Positions 62,911-64,000 of a DNA stretch of 64,000 nt are shown here, piece by piece (the stretch's first letter is position 1; the number at the start of each line of letters is the position of its first letter). The position numbers and the translations under genes are program-made. The DNA lies in assembly GCA_963823665.1 (NCBI GenBank), contig CAWGMQ010000004.1, positions 64,001 through 128,000 on the forward strand. Reading direction: 5' to 3'. The notes beneath the pieces are model-generated. The model was not told the origin of the DNA. It did no database searches and saw only the letters and a list, made by a program, of their open reading frames with translations. The stretch comes from an uncultured Planctomycetota bacterium. Its GTDB lineage: Bacteria > Planctomycetota > Planctomycetia > Isosphaerales > Isosphaeraceae.

Positions 62911-64000
62911 GAGGGCAGCTACGTCGAGGCCGAACGTCTGCTGAGGCTGGCGCTGGCTGAGGTGGAGCGATCGGGAAAGGACGACGCCAGCACGGCTGAG
63001 GTAGCCGACTACCTGGCAAGGCTACTAACGGACCTGGCGAAATTCGATGAGGCCGAGTCACTCGCCAAACGAGCCTTGAGAATCAACGAAGCCGCGCTTG
63101 GACCGAACAGCCGCGAAGTCGCCAGCAATTTCGATACGCTGGGCTCGCTCTGTGACCGACTGGGCCGGAACGCCGAGTCCAAAGCGAATTATCGGCGGGC
63201 ACTGGCCATCGTCCTCGCGCTTCCGGACGCGGATGTCGATGACCTCGCCGGAGCAGAGCAGAATCTCGGCAGTCTGCTCAGTAAAGTTCGTAAGCTTGAG
63301 GAAGCCGAGAAGCTTACCCGGCGGGCGCTCGAGCGCTGGGAGGAAGCCTTTGGGCCCGACGACGAGCATGTGGCGAGAACGTTGAACAACCTGGCGATCG
63401 TTTACCACAGGAGTGACCGGCTTTCTGATGCCGAGACTTCGTATCGACGGTCATGCGCCATTCTGGAGAAATCGCTGGGGCCGAAGCATCCGCTGGTCGC
63501 CACGAGTCTGCACAACCTGGGATTCGTTCTCAAGAAAATGGGGCGGTACGACGAGACGGAGCGAGTTCTGAAGCGATCAATGGCGATTCGCGAGGGCCTT
63601 GCCGGAAACCATGCGCTCGAGATCGCGGACAGCAATGATAATCTGGGCGGGCTCCGATTCCGGCAGGGGCGCTATGTCGAGGCTGATTCACTCTCGCGCA
63701 GGGCACTTGCCGTCTATGAAAAACTCTTGTGGCCGGACCACGACTACGTCGCGAGCACTCTCGTCGACATTGCCCGCATTTCCAACGCCCTCGATCGGTT
63801 CGCCGAGGCTGAACCGCTCGCGAAACGGGCGCTCGCGAGCAAACGAAAGAACGGCGGCGATCTCGCGGAGGCGATGGTCACGCTGGCCGATTGCTACATC
63901 GGACTGAAGAAACCGGCGGAGGCGGAGGGACTCTTGAAGAATGCTCTCGAGATCGACACGAAAACGCACGGCAGCGAAACCAGCGAGGTGGCTGATTCGC
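62911..64000 (+). pseudogene. 3' part of the IS-interrupted TPR gene (runs off window)
   Basis: Frame from 62911 reads EGSYVEAERLLRLAL...GPDDEHVARTLNNLA...GPKHPLVATSLHNLG and is in phase with the 5' fragment once the IS is removed. Confidence 0.85.

Noticed and set aside
1..64000. Numerous frameshifts read as mass pseudogenisation or programmed frameshifting
   Set aside because: They are 1-2 nt indels mostly in G/C or CG runs, affect unrelated genes (GH1, sulfatase, AbgB, vWA, transposase) and leave catalytic motifs intact. Sequencing error is the simplest cause. Polishing would confirm.

Overview
GC-rich bacterial DNA with many Planctomycetota hallmarks (LEPRxLL-type export motif, TIGR03067-type protein, TPR and WD40 Ser/Thr kinases, sulfatase), most like Isosphaerales (inference). 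Many genes are split by 1-2 nt indels, mostly in homopolymer or CG runs, which look like read or assembly errors, so split ORFs are joined here. The main feature is an 18.5 kb + strand operon (10254-28788). It merges a GTPase/GAP1-type conflict module (membrane-anchored Zn-ribbon GTPase; GAP1-N2-like/TM/WD40 giant) with a TerY-P-type triad (vWA, PP2C, HxDLQHGN kinase), exported repeat proteins and a membrane FHA/Zn-ribbon protein. Upstream is a sigma70-like promoter with a G9 tract in its spacer. A convergent arm (30432-42774) carries a paralogous FHA/Zn-ribbon protein with vWA, an ECF sigma factor, another vWA, TPR proteins and ExbB plus two ExbD-like proteins that lack the essential TM Asp. 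Together these suggest an undescribed trans-envelope GTPase/phospho-switch machine. The rest is ordinary accessory content, ending in an IS701-like element inside a TPR gene. No rRNA, tRNA or CRISPR array was seen. All domain calls come from motif recognition by eye, not database searches.
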